A stretch of 64,000 nucleotides of DNA from Candidatus Fermentibacterota bacterium (GCA_963718745.1 OY970370.1:140821-204820); one strand, 5' to 3'. Shown: positions 36,764 to 46,966, counted from the first letter of the stretch. The notes: generated by a model from the sequence alone, not told the origin. Made by a program: numbers and translations.

Positions 36764-37644
36764 CTGCGCCCGCCCCCGGACAGCTCCCGGCCGAAGGCCA
36801 CCAGTATCGATGCGACGACGAGCGCGCAGCCGATCCAGCCCGCAAGCGTGAGCCTCTCGCCGAAGAAGACCGCTCCGCCTGCGGCGGCTATCACGGCCTC
36901 GCCTATGTAGATGAGCGAGGAGGGTCCGCCTCCCAGGCTCGGCTGCCACCTGATCTGCCAGTACATCAGCATGCTGGTCGCGAGAACGGCCAGGTAGACG
37001 AGCGCTAGCACCGCGACGAGATCGAGCCTGAGGTCGAAGCCTCCCAGAACGGGGATCAGGGCGAAGGATCCGAGGGCCACCACGGCGAGCATCATCACCG
37101 TGATCTCGAGTGCACGCCCCTGCACCCAGAGCCTGTCTATCAGGGCGATCTCTAGCGCCCAGCAGACTGCGCTCGCAGCTGTGAGCACGTCCCCGCGGTT
37201 CATGCGTCCGGAGGGGTCGGCAAGCAGATAGACTCCTGTGAGGGCTATGCCGACGGAGATGAAGTGCAGCAGCCGGGGCCGTTTCCGGCTGATCGGCCAG
37301 GCGAAGAAGGGGGCGATGGCCACATACAGGGATGTGATGAAGGCCGACTTGCCGGGACCCGTGTACTGGAGGCCCGCTGTCTGGAAGGCATATCCTCCGA
37401 GCAGCGACAGACCCAGCAGGATGGACGGGAGGACGGTCTTCGACAGGGCGGGACGATCAGGCGCCGGCCTGCGGGAGGAGGCGACCGCGAAGGGCAGCAG
37501 GACGGCCGATGCCACCGTGAAGCGGAAACACAGGAGCATCGCAGGCGACATCGCCGCGAAGAGGGTCTTCACCACCAGGAAGGTGGAGCCCCACATCACG
37601 GTACCCAGCGACAGGTACACCGCGGCCTTGCGTTTCTCGTCCAT
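36760..37644 (-). CDS. DMT/EamA family transporter
   Basis: WGSTF, FRFTVA, FQTAGLQYT..KSAFITSLYV, GDVLT. Confidence 0.9.
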   Translation of the reverse strand: MDEKRKAAVYLSLGTVMWGSTFLVVKTLFAAMSPAMLLCFRFTVASAVLLPFAVASSRRPAPDRPALSKTVLPSILLGLSLLGGYAFQTAGLQYTGPGKSAFITSLYVAIAPFFAWPISRKRPRLLHFISVGIALTGVYLLADPSGRMNRGDVLTAASAVCWALEIALIDRLWVQGRALEITVMMLAVVALGSFALIPVLGGFDLRLDLVAVLALVYLAVLATSMLMYWQIRWQPSLGGGPSSLIYIGEAVIAAAGGAVFFGERLTLAGWIGCALVVASILVAFGRELSGGGRR

Positions 37645-37985
37645 CCGCTTCCTTGAGGAGAGGGTGCCGGTCGCCGGAAGATAACGCATCCGGCATCTCC
37701 CCGGCGCGCCGGACAGCCCGCTCATACGTTGCGAGCAGTCAGCAGCGAGCGGCGAGCAGTGATCAGACAACTCCTGATCGATTCCAGCTACTTCCTGCAG
37801 AGATCGTGCGCTCTCCATCCTGTCCATCGATGTTTCTCCCTGCTGCCGCCGCTTCTCTTTCCTCCTCACCCCTCCCTGCTCACCACTACCTACCCGCCCC
37901 TCGCCGTCCTCTCCTCCCTCCCCGCACTGCTCGACCGGGTCTGCAGACGCCATATTGATCAGACATACTCTGCAGAGGAGGGGAC

Positions 37986-39311
37986 ATGCGGAGCAGTGGG
38001 GGATTCACTCCGGGCAGGTACCTTGCGATCGCTCTTTCGCTGGGACTCGTTGCTCTCGCTGTATTCACCGACGACGTCGGCCTCGGACCCGGTCCGGGCA
38101 CGGGCCGTTTCAGGGTGATCGCCGCAACCGTGGCGACCGTCCTTCTCACATACGGGATCCTCGGGAGGAGTTTCCACGCACTCTTCCGCGGGCTCGGACT
38201 GATCCTGGCCTGGCTGGCGATTGCAGTCCTCTCCCTGGAGATCGTCTCGTTCGCCGCGCTCGAGCTCGCGCTTTCCCCCGGTTCCGCCGAAGCCCCCGGC
38301 GGGCAGGCGGAGGCCCCTTGGTTCACGATCCCGCAGGGTGTCGCATACGAACCCTTCGTCACATGGCTGCCCTCACCCGGCGGCGCCTGGGGGGCGGCCT
38401 CCACGGATGGTCGCGCCTGCAGGGCGGTGCCCGGAGCCTCGACTGATCCTGAAGCCTTCACGGTTTTCGTCTACGGTTCGGAGACCGTGTTCGGCAGCTC
38501 CTCGATGGCGGACTCCGCAAGCATGCCCTGCTTCCTCCAGGAGGCACTGGACACCCTCTGCACCGGCCCCGTCAGGGTCGAGAACAGGGCAGTGCCGGGC
38601 TGGACCTCGGACCAGGCGATGATAGACCTCTGCATCCAGCTGCGGGACGGGCGCACCCCCGACCTGGTCCTCTTCGTCGGAGGCTTCCACGACGCCGCCT
38701 CAGCCTGGCGCTCCGGCCGTTCCGGAGGCCACCCGGGCCTGGAAGTGATGAGACGGAGCATCGAGACAGGGGAGCAGGCAGGCGGGGAGTCCGGGGCCTG
38801 GATGTCCGTGCTGGAGACTACCTCCACCTGGAGGCTGATCAGGCACTTCATTGCGGGCGGAGATGAACCCGCTGACGCGACTCAGGAAGAGGCGCCCGAC
38901 CTGGCGGACGAGGTGGCCGGCGCGTTCGAAGCTAATGCCGGGTTCGCCGGCAGGCTGGGTGCGGAGTACGGTTTCGATTCGAGGTTCTTCTGGCTGCCCG
39001 GCATCTGGGATGGCTCGAGGGATCTCACACCCCTGGAGCAGGAGACGGTCGACCTCGCCTTCACGGAGTACGGGGAGATGGAGGAGTTCGGCGACCTGCT
39101 CGAAGCAGTCTCTGCATCGGTATCCGAACGCGCCGCAGGGAATGCGCGGATCGCCAGCCTGTCATCCTGCCTCGATCAGGTGCAGGGGCAGGCGTACATC
39201 GGGAGGACAGGCCTGGAGTTGAACGCCGACGGCAACCAGGCCGTCGCGCGTGCGGTCCTGTCGGACCTGGGATACGGGATCCAGGGCAACTCCGGAACAG
39301 ACACCCCGTAA
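37986..39311 (+). CDS. Membrane-anchored SGNH/GDSL-like protein, catalytic residues apparently lost
   Basis: Colinear with 44075-45430 (PDLVLFVGGFHD, FFWLP, LNADGN) but YGSETV and GLELN at the Ser and His positions. Confidence 0.6.
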   Translation: MRSSGGFTPGRYLAIALSLGLVALAVFTDDVGLGPGPGTGRFRVIAATVATVLLTYGILGRSFHALFRGLGLILAWLAIAVLSLEIVSFAALELALSPGSAEAPGGQAEAPWFTIPQGVAYEPFVTWLPSPGGAWGAASTDGRACRAVPGASTDPEAFTVFVYGSETVFGSSSMADSASMPCFLQEALDTLCTGPVRVENRAVPGWTSDQAMIDLCIQLRDGRTPDLVLFVGGFHDAASAWRSGRSGGHPGLEVMRRSIETGEQAGGESGAWMSVLETTSTWRLIRHFIAGGDEPADATQEEAPDLADEVAGAFEANAGFAGRLGAEYGFDSRFFWLPGIWDGSRDLTPLEQETVDLAFTEYGEMEEFGDLLEAVSASVSERAAGNARIASLSSCLDQVQGQAYIGRTGLELNADGNQAVARAVLSDLGYGIQGNSGTDTP

Positions 39312-39367
39312 CCCTGGGACCGGACATCCTTCAGGGCACAGTCCCTGATGCCGGGAAAGGTCCGGTA

Positions 39368-41077
39368 CTACTGCAGATTCGATTCCTTGACCGCGAGTCG
39401 CTCCCGCAGCGGTTCCAGCCAGAGTCGCTCGCCCGAGAAGACCACTCCGCTCCTGCCGCCCTGTACCAGCAGGCCACAGCCGTCAGGGTCAGCCAGGAGC
39501 CATCCGGGTGTGTTCTCCAGGTCGAAAACGGCGGATTCATCTGTCACGGCGAAGGGTTCGATCTCGATCCACGTCTGCTGCTCGAAGGGGTCGGGCAGAT
39601 AGAGCCGCGTGTCTGCGGATGAACTGCAGGAGTTCATCCTCAGGAGACCGGGAGTCAGCCTGATGCGCCCCCGGTACGGGAGAACAGCCGAGTCGGGTGC
39701 GGCTGGAGATTCGAACCTCGCTGCAGGATCGAACACGAGTGTCTCGTACCCTGCGCCCGACAGGCGGGCGAATACCGTAGCAGGCTCTTCTCCCGCATCG
39801 ACCAACGGCCAGCATTCCTCCCAGAAGGACTCCTGCTCGAACATGCGGGACCCGTCCCCGCCTATCGTCGACAGGGCCTCACCATAGGCTCCGGACCAGA
39901 TCGTGCCATACCCGGCGACCTGCTCTTCGATCCCGCCTGGAAAGATAAGTGAGCCTTCCGGAGAGGAAGCTTCTAGGGAGTCGAGGACACGAATCGTCCG
40001 TTGAGTGTATGCGTCTGCGAGCCTGAATCTCGAAAGCTCATCCCGCGCCGAGAGAAAGCAGCCAAGAAGAGCCAGGCTGATCAGCAGCCCCCCGATTCTT
40101 CCACGCACCGAGCCTGCTGCGGAGCCGAAGATCAAGGCGGCGCCGGGAAGGCAGGCGTAGGCGTAGTAGCTCCTCGGGGGCAGGTTGGCGACCGTGGCGA
40201 TCGGGAGCAGGAGCAGTGACAGCATCATGAGTCTGGTTCGCCAGGGGCACCTCACGAAGAAGAGCATCGAAAATGCCAGGAGAGCGAGCATCCTGAGCGG
40301 GATGCCGTCAAGCCAGGGAGAGAATGGCATCCTGAGCAGCGTCAGCAGATTGGTTACCATGAAGAATCCGAGTCTTTCGGATTCGGAGTATCCAAGCTCG
40401 AATCCAAGCCAGTAGAGCCGCCACGCGATATAGATGGCGGCCGGGATCAGGTAGAGTGCGGTGATCGAGGCAACAGTCCTCAACCCTCGCCTGTCGCTGG
40501 CCCCGAGATGGATGGAGACCAGTCCGAACACGGGGACGCACAACAGAGCTGTCTCCTTGGTGAAGAGGGAGACCAGGAACAGCACCAGACCGGCTATAAG
40601 ATCCGCAGGGTTCCTGCCGGAGGCATACCTCGAATGGAAGAGGATCGCCGCGATGAATGGTGCCATGGATGCCGGCGCCGTTCGGCCGGAAACTCGCGCG
40701 AAGGATGGGACCGCTGCAAAGGAGACGAGGAAGAAAGCAGCAGCGATTGCTGCTCTTCTGCTGTCACCGGAGAGCCGGAGAGCGACTCTCCAGAACAGGA
40801 ATGCGCATAGGAAATGCAGTACGAGGTTCGTAAGATGCCAGCCCCATGGGTGTCGTGCACCCCATAGCCCCGCATCCATCGCGAAGATGGCTTCGGTCAG
40901 CGGCCTGAATCCGGTGAACTCGAATCTCGTGAAGCTGGCTGCCGAGAAGTCATGGTGGAGATCGAGGAAGTCATCCGACAGGAATCCGGTTCCGAGCGTA
41001 GGCAGCATCAGCGCCAGAGCTGCGATGGCTGCGGTTGCCAGGATTACTGCGTCCAGTGATTTCTGTCCCAGGATCAT
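39368..41077 (-). CDS. Polytopic GT-C-like (PMT/TMTC-like) membrane protein
   Basis: GFLSDDF, FRPL, WHLTNLVLH, SLFTKETA, RSYYAY; about 11 TM plus periplasmic tail. Confidence 0.65.
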   Translation of the reverse strand: MILGQKSLDAVILATAAIAALALMLPTLGTGFLSDDFLDLHHDFSAASFTRFEFTGFRPLTEAIFAMDAGLWGARHPWGWHLTNLVLHFLCAFLFWRVALRLSGDSRRAAIAAAFFLVSFAAVPSFARVSGRTAPASMAPFIAAILFHSRYASGRNPADLIAGLVLFLVSLFTKETALLCVPVFGLVSIHLGASDRRGLRTVASITALYLIPAAIYIAWRLYWLGFELGYSESERLGFFMVTNLLTLLRMPFSPWLDGIPLRMLALLAFSMLFFVRCPWRTRLMMLSLLLLPIATVANLPPRSYYAYACLPGAALIFGSAAGSVRGRIGGLLISLALLGCFLSARDELSRFRLADAYTQRTIRVLDSLEASSPEGSLIFPGGIEEQVAGYGTIWSGAYGEALSTIGGDGSRMFEQESFWEECWPLVDAGEEPATVFARLSGAGYETLVFDPAARFESPAAPDSAVLPYRGRIRLTPGLLRMNSCSSSADTRLYLPDPFEQQTWIEIEPFAVTDESAVFDLENTPGWLLADPDGCGLLVQGGRSGVVFSGERLWLEPLRERLAVKESNLQ

Positions 41078-41343
41078 CGTCCTCCCAATCGTCCCCGAGT
41101 CGAACTGATCTCGAAAGGCTGCCAGGAGTCCTGTCGCCTGTCATTCCTTCGCAATCAAATCTCGAGACATACTTCGGACAGATCATACGGTTCGGCGATT
41201 CCGATCGAAAGGCCGCAGACATCCGGCCGAGTCTGCAGCCGGGGTTAACAGACCGGACGGAGCATCCACATATTGCCCCGGAACGGATCCTGACACACCG
41301 CATCACCGATAGAAGGAACTGCCAGGGAGAGAGGGCGACAAGA

Positions 41344-42888
41344 ATGATTCCGATGAAGCGCATCTGCGGCACCTGCTGGATCGGAACGGCCGCTTCGATC
41401 GTCTTCCTCTCCGGCTATCTGTCTATATGGCTCCTTCTCGCCGGCTCCAGGAGCACCGATCCCGCGGTGCTCGGAAGGTACTCGCCCGGGCTGGCTGCAT
41501 TTCTTGCGATCTCCGCACTGCCTCTTGCGGCCCTTGCTGCGGGTCTGCTCCTGGCACGGAGCAGAACGGCCGGAAGGATGCATGGAGCGCTGGAAACGCT
41601 TGGAAAGAGCATCCTGCCGGAGATCCTGCTCTTTGCGGGACTGCCCCTGCTCCAGATCTTCCGATGGCTCGGCCCGCAATACACACCGCTGGCTCAGGAA
41701 GGACAGATCATCCTCGGGGCGGCGGCCATGCTCGCAGGAGGAGCCGCTGCAATGCTTGCGGCCGGGTCGTCCGGAAGAATGATGCTGTTCCTGAAGCGCT
41801 CCTTCCTTGCTGCTTTCACGGTGATCCTGCTGGCTGTCGCGCTCGAGGCAGGCTTGCGCATCGTCTCCCCGGGAAGCGTGTTTCATGCTTCCCTCGACAT
41901 GAGACCGAATGTAAGGGTCCGCCTCGAGTCGGATCTGCCGGGAGTCCAGTCGGGAGGTACGTACTCGACGAACAGCTGGGGGATGAGGGGGGAGGAGCCT
42001 CCGGACGACTGGGACGCATGGACTACCATAGTGTGCGTAGGTGGCAGCACCACCCAGTGTTTCGAACTGGACGACACACGCACCTGGCCGTGGCTCCTGC
42101 AGCAGCACCTCCGGTCGATCCGGCCGGAGACATGGGTGGGCAACGGTGGTCTGGCTGGCCACGGGACCAGGATGCACATCCTGTTCGTGCGCGAGGTGGT
42201 AGATGAAGTCCGTCCGGACGTCGCGCTTTTCCTCGTCGGAGTCAACGACATGGTCAACTACCTTGGGATGGAGCCCGGCCGCCAGGCCGCACTCGTTTCA
42301 TCCGAGCCGGACTTCGAGTGGTGGCTCTTCTGCAACAGCCGCCTGGCGCAGGTCGCATACTTCCTGAAGAAGGCCTGGATAGACGAAGTCCCCGTCCAGG
42401 GGACCCCGTGGGCCCGGGCATACGAACCGGAGCCTCTGCCCGGGCTGGAGATGGATCTGCCCGATGACCTGCACGATCTGATGCACGACAGGGATTTCAC
42501 CCTGGACAAAGTCCGGACCCTCATCCGGATGTCGCGGGAAATCGGGGTCGAGCCTGTCTTCCTGACGCATCCGCTGCTCTTCGATGACACGGATTACTGG
42601 AGAGGGATATTCGGCACCTACTGCTGGAAGACGGAATCCCCGGACAGCATCCTTTCGGCGGCCACCTACTGGAGGATGCTGGATACGATAAATGATGACG
42701 TAATCAGGGCATGCCGCGAAGAAGGAGCGTCGTGCTACGATCTGGCTTCCGCGGTACCGCATTCGCCTGAGTATTTCTACGACGGGGTACACTTCAGCGA
42801 GGCGGGCGCCTCCCTGGTCGCTGACAGCGTTGCCGCCTTCATGGTGAGGGAAGGCATCCTCGACCGGCTGCCGGGTAACGACCCATGA
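41344..42888 (+). CDS. Membrane-anchored SGNH/GDSL hydrolase/acyltransferase
   Basis: TNSWGMRG, VCVGGSTT, NGGLAG, LVGVND, YDGVHFSEAG (intact S-G-N-H). Confidence 0.85.
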   Translation: MIPMKRICGTCWIGTAASIVFLSGYLSIWLLLAGSRSTDPAVLGRYSPGLAAFLAISALPLAALAAGLLLARSRTAGRMHGALETLGKSILPEILLFAGLPLLQIFRWLGPQYTPLAQEGQIILGAAAMLAGGAAAMLAAGSSGRMMLFLKRSFLAAFTVILLAVALEAGLRIVSPGSVFHASLDMRPNVRVRLESDLPGVQSGGTYSTNSWGMRGEEPPDDWDAWTTIVCVGGSTTQCFELDDTRTWPWLLQQHLRSIRPETWVGNGGLAGHGTRMHILFVREVVDEVRPDVALFLVGVNDMVNYLGMEPGRQAALVSSEPDFEWWLFCNSRLAQVAYFLKKAWIDEVPVQGTPWARAYEPEPLPGLEMDLPDDLHDLMHDRDFTLDKVRTLIRMSREIGVEPVFLTHPLLFDDTDYWRGIFGTYCWKTESPDSILSAATYWRMLDTINDDVIRACREEGASCYDLASAVPHSPEYFYDGVHFSEAGASLVADSVAAFMVREGILDRLPGNDP

Positions 42889-43940
42889 TGCCTTTCTCCG
42901 ATGGCCTCGAGCGTTCCTGGAACACCCCGGCAGGCCTGTTCCAGTCCTTCCCGGGGAGGGTGCAGGCTGGAAGGACGCTCTCGCTTGTCACAGCCGCATC
43001 GGCTCTCATGCTGTGCTCCTGCGGAGAGGATCCGGGCGGGCCTTCGGACGGAGTGGACGCTCCTCAGGAGATGCGGGACTTCGTCGTGGAACTGGCCTGG
43101 TACGCCAGGCAGACCGATCCGGGGTTCATCGTGATTCCGCAGAACGGCCAGGAGCTTGTCACGGAGAACCTCGAGCCGGACGGGAGCCTGGTCCCGGAGT
43201 ACCTGGGAGCCATAGACGGGCAGGGCAGGGAGGACCTCTACTTCGGCTACGACGGAGACGACCTGGAGACGCCCGGGGCGGAGACAGGCTGGATGCTGCA
43301 GTTCCTTCTCCTCGAGGAGCAGAGCGGGGTCGAGGTCATGGTGACCGACTACTGCTGGACGACATGGAAGGTCGACAGCTCGTACGCCCGGAACGAGAGC
43401 CGCGGGTTCGTGTCTTTCGCCGCGGATCACAGGGATCTGGACGACATACCGTCATATCCGGCCGAACCGTGGGGACTGAACGGCGACCCTGTCGAGAAGC
43501 TCTCCGACGCACACAACTTCCTGTACCTGATCAACGATCAGGCCTATCCATCCATCGGATGGCTTGTTGCCGACCTGGACTCGACCGGGTACGACATGCT
43601 GGTCATGGACCTTTTCTGCGCGGGCGGCATGCTCGGACCGGGGGAGGTCGCGGAGCTCCAGTCGAAGCCCGGCGGAGGCAGGAGACTCGTTCTGTGCTAC
43701 ATGAGCATCGGGGAGGCGGAGGACTACAGGTGGTACTGGCAGCCGGGATGGACCACGGATCCACCCTCCTGGCTGGGTTCAGAAAATCCGTCCTGGCCCG
43801 GCAACTACAGCGTCGAGTACTGGGATCCCGTATGGCAGGCGATCATCTTCGGCAGTCCGGACTCCTACCTCGACAGGATCCTGGCGGCAGGCTTCGACGG
43901 CGTCTACCTCGATAAGGTGGATGCGTTCGAAGCATTCTGA
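42885..43940 (+). CDS. Endo-alpha-1,4-polygalactosaminidase-like lipoprotein (GH114/TM1410-type)
   Basis: Lipobox LCSC; IPQNG, EDLYFG, VTDYC, CYMSIGEAEDYRWYW, WPGNY..W, GFDGVYLD; true start may be downstream. Confidence 0.85.
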   Translation: MMPFSDGLERSWNTPAGLFQSFPGRVQAGRTLSLVTAASALMLCSCGEDPGGPSDGVDAPQEMRDFVVELAWYARQTDPGFIVIPQNGQELVTENLEPDGSLVPEYLGAIDGQGREDLYFGYDGDDLETPGAETGWMLQFLLLEEQSGVEVMVTDYCWTTWKVDSSYARNESRGFVSFAADHRDLDDIPSYPAEPWGLNGDPVEKLSDAHNFLYLINDQAYPSIGWLVADLDSTGYDMLVMDLFCAGGMLGPGEVAELQSKPGGGRRLVLCYMSIGEAEDYRWYWQPGWTTDPPSWLGSENPSWPGNYSVEYWDPVWQAIIFGSPDSYLDRILAAGFDGVYLDKVDAFEAF

Positions 43941-44074
43941 TCCGGCGTCCGGAACCGACAGCGATCCGCGACCAGTCATATGGAGAAAGGTCAGCTGCTG
44001 AACGTCGAAGGATTCCAGGAAGAGGCCATGAACGGTTTTCCTCCGGCTGGCAGACGAGCAGGTGGGGGGTACCA

Positions 44075-45430
44075 GTGAACGAGAGAACCGAAAAATTGCT
44101 TCGCACCGGTCTGGTTGCAGCTGGGGCCGTCCTGATCGCACTGGCACTCGTTTCTGACATCATCGGGCTCAGTGCGGGAGATGGCTTCAGCCGGAACCAA
44201 TGCATCATCACAGCCCTGGGAGTTGTCTCGATCGTGGCTGGATTGCTTGGCCGCAGGCTCCCCGGCGTCTATCGGGGTGCGGGACTGATACTGCTCAATT
44301 CCATCCTGGTTTTCCTGGTCTTCGAGCTCCTCTCTCTGGTAGCGATCAAGATCTGGAATCCATACAGCATTTCCATCAGGCGCCTCAAGGAAGAGGTTGC
44401 CGGTGATCTGACGGCCAGAGAAGTCACCATTGTCTCCGGTCATTACGTCTCCTATCTGGTTTGGTGTGCCGATTCTCTCATGCAGGGGGTTCAATCGACG
44501 GACGAGAGAGGCTTCAGGATAACTCCCGGGGCAGTCGACGGAGCGGATTCATACGACATCTACATGTTCGGGGGGTCCGCGATGTGGGGAGAGCGCGTGC
44601 CTGACTCATGCACGATTGCATGCTACCTGCAGACCTGTCTCCAGGAATCGATGAACTGCCCGGTATGCGTGCACAACTATGGGCAGGAATCCTGGGTGTC
44701 CAGCCAGGAATTGCTTTGTCTCTTCATGGAGCTGAGGGAGGGTAGGTCCCCTGATCTCGTAGTTTTTTTCGACGGATTCAACGATGTGTGGAGTTCCTTC
44801 CAGATCGGGCGGGCGGGTGAACACCAGAATTTCCCTCAGATAAGAGACAGAGTCGAAGGTCGCGATATCCGGAGAGTCCAGGAGAGCCTCCTGCCCCAGC
44901 TCCTGAGTCGGACCAACATCGCGCAGCTGCTGCAGCTTGTCAGGACGGGGGGGACTCTGCGTCCCGAGCCGGAAGAACTCGTCACCTACAATACAATGGG
45001 TGTCGATGCACAAATCCTTGCCGAAAGCACTTTTGCCGTGTACCGGCGAAACATGCGCATGGCCTCGTCCCTGGGAGACGAATTCGGCTTCGACTGCCTG
45101 TTTTTCTGGCAACCCTGCATCTGGTGCGGGAACAAGCCCAGGTCATCATACGAAGATCTCGTCTGGCAGAGTGGAACAGAAGCTTTTGTCGCAGGCGGCG
45201 ACCCCGCATGGAAGGATCTCATCCGCAGGACGCAGAACACTGCTTCGCTCTACTCGAGCAGCCTGGAACACTTCGTAGACCTGTCGACAGCTTTCGATTC
45301 CTCGACTGCCGAGTATTACAGCGACTACTCAGGCTGCCATCTGAACCCGGACGGCAATGCCTTCATCGCTTCACGGATCGCTGATGTGATAGTTGATACC
45401 ATTGATCCCGCGCTGTTGAACTCGAGATAG
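44075..45430 (+). CDS. Membrane-anchored SGNH/GDSL hydrolase/acyltransferase
   Basis: YMFGGSAMWG, NYGQ, PDLVVFFDGFND, FFWQP, DYSGCHLNPDGN. Confidence 0.85.
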   Translation: MNERTEKLLRTGLVAAGAVLIALALVSDIIGLSAGDGFSRNQCIITALGVVSIVAGLLGRRLPGVYRGAGLILLNSILVFLVFELLSLVAIKIWNPYSISIRRLKEEVAGDLTAREVTIVSGHYVSYLVWCADSLMQGVQSTDERGFRITPGAVDGADSYDIYMFGGSAMWGERVPDSCTIACYLQTCLQESMNCPVCVHNYGQESWVSSQELLCLFMELREGRSPDLVVFFDGFNDVWSSFQIGRAGEHQNFPQIRDRVEGRDIRRVQESLLPQLLSRTNIAQLLQLVRTGGTLRPEPEELVTYNTMGVDAQILAESTFAVYRRNMRMASSLGDEFGFDCLFFWQPCIWCGNKPRSSYEDLVWQSGTEAFVAGGDPAWKDLIRRTQNTASLYSSSLEHFVDLSTAFDSSTAEYYSDYSGCHLNPDGNAFIASRIADVIVDTIDPALLNSR

Positions 45431-45475
45431 GCCACATGGACGAGGGGCGATGTCCCATCCCGGCCCGCGACTGGT

Positions 45476-46777
45476 CTACCGGGGGCCGGGTTCCGGCTCC
45501 AGCGCCCTTTTACTGGTTTTGACGGCGCAGAGCCTCCCGCACATGGAGCAGACGTCCGTGTCCGAGGGCATTGCCTTCCTCCGCTCCGCGCACGCCTTCT
45601 CCGGATCGAGGGCCAGGGCGAACTGGGCATCCCAGTCGAAGTTGGAGCGCGCCTCCGCCATTGCGTCGTCCCTGTCCCTGGCGCCGGGCAGGCCTCTCGC
45701 CACGTCGGCAGCGTGCGCGGCTATCCGGGCCGTGACGGTTCCGACCCTTACGTCCTCCACGTCCGGCAGCCTGAGGTGTTCGGCAGGCGTCACGTAGCAG
45801 AGGAAGTCCGCGCCGAACCACGCCGCCATGGCCCCGCCGATGGCCGAGGTTATGTGGTCGTAGCCGGGAGCGAGGTCGGTGACTATCGGCCCGAGGACAT
45901 AGAAGGGAGCTCCATTGCAGAGGGTTTTCTGAAGGCGGATGTTGTGCTCGATCTGATCCATGGGGACGTGCCCCGGACCTTCGACCATGACCTGGACGCC
46001 CGCAGAAAAGGCTCTCTTCTGGAGTTCGCCGAGAGTTATCAGCTCCTCGATCTGGGCACGGTCGGACGCGTCGGCCAGGCATCCCGGCCGGAGGCCGTCG
46101 CCAAGGGAGAAGGTCGCGTCGTATCTCCCCAGTATGTCGATCAGGTCGTCGAAACGCGCATAGAAGGGATTCTCCGCCCTGCGGACGGACATCCACTCCG
46201 CCATCAGCGCCCCCCCGCGGGAGACTATCCCGAGCTTCCTGCCCTGCTGGCGCAGCAGCTCCACCGCCCGCCGGGTGACTCCGCAGTGGAGGGTCAGGAA
46301 GTCGACTCCAAGCCTGCAGTGGTCCTCCACGGCCGAGAGCATGGCCTCCGGATCGACATCCCCGACTGAGCCACCGCCCTCGAGGACCTCCCCGAACACC
46401 TGGTACAGCGGGACCGTCCCCAGCGGCACGGGACTGGCCCCCGAGATGCCCTCGAGGATCTCCCTCCAGAGGGGGCCGGTCGAGAGGTCCATGACCGTGT
46501 CGGCTCCGTGGTGGACTGCCGTATGGAGCTTCTCCATCTCGACTTCGATCGATTCGAGGTCGGCCGAGCTGCCTATGTTGGCGTTGACCTTCACGGTGAG
46601 CCCCCTGCCGACTCCGCAGGGCTTCGGGCGGGCTACGGTGTTCGAACAGGGGATCACTACGGTTCCATCGCAAATCCCGCGCAGGAGGCGGGAGGTCTCG
46701 ACACCCTCGATCCGGGCCACGGCAGCCGCGGTCGGATGGACCTCGCCCCTGCGGGCGGCCTCGATGATTCTCTCCAT
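45476..46777 (-). CDS. thiC: Phosphomethylpyrimidine synthase ThiC (short anaerobe-type)
   Basis: KVNANIG, GADTVMDLS, GTVPLYQ, GIVSRGG, SLGDGLRPG, EGPGHVP, APGYDHI, CYVTPAEHL, CSMCGRLC; TPP riboswitch upstream. Confidence 0.96.
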   Translation of the reverse strand: MERIIEAARRGEVHPTAAAVARIEGVETSRLLRGICDGTVVIPCSNTVARPKPCGVGRGLTVKVNANIGSSADLESIEVEMEKLHTAVHHGADTVMDLSTGPLWREILEGISGASPVPLGTVPLYQVFGEVLEGGGSVGDVDPEAMLSAVEDHCRLGVDFLTLHCGVTRRAVELLRQQGRKLGIVSRGGALMAEWMSVRRAENPFYARFDDLIDILGRYDATFSLGDGLRPGCLADASDRAQIEELITLGELQKRAFSAGVQVMVEGPGHVPMDQIEHNIRLQKTLCNGAPFYVLGPIVTDLAPGYDHITSAIGGAMAAWFGADFLCYVTPAEHLRLPDVEDVRVGTVTARIAAHAADVARGLPGARDRDDAMAEARSNFDWDAQFALALDPEKACAERRKAMPSDTDVCSMCGRLCAVKTSKRALEPEPGPR

Positions 46778-46825
46778 TGCGACTTCCCTTCTCCGGGAGG
46801 GACGGAACGAGGCTCCCGGAGTCCA

Positions 46826-46903
46826 GCACTTCCCTTCGCCGGCATTACCCGGATCAGGTTCCTCGGGGTATGATCTCAGCCCGACGGGCACCCCCTTCTG
46901 TGC
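46826..46903 (-). ncRNA. TPP riboswitch (THI element)
   Basis: Minus strand GGGGTGCCC-GTC-GGGCTGAGAT..ATACCC..AACCTGATCCGGGTAATGCCGGCGAAGGGAA, 49 nt upstream of thiC. Confidence 0.95.
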
Positions 46904-46966
46904 TATGATACAACCTTCCAAGTCCATTTGACACCGGAGAACCGGAAAAGCAGCGGAGGTCGGCAG

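Noticed and set aside
37850-37880. RNase P RNA (GAGGAAAG on minus strand)
   Set aside because: Not followed by TCC and no matching 3' conserved region
45476-46777. BzaA/B/F benzimidazole synthase instead of ThiC
   Set aside because: Preceded by a TPP riboswitch rather than a cobalamin riboswitch, and no cobamide genes nearby
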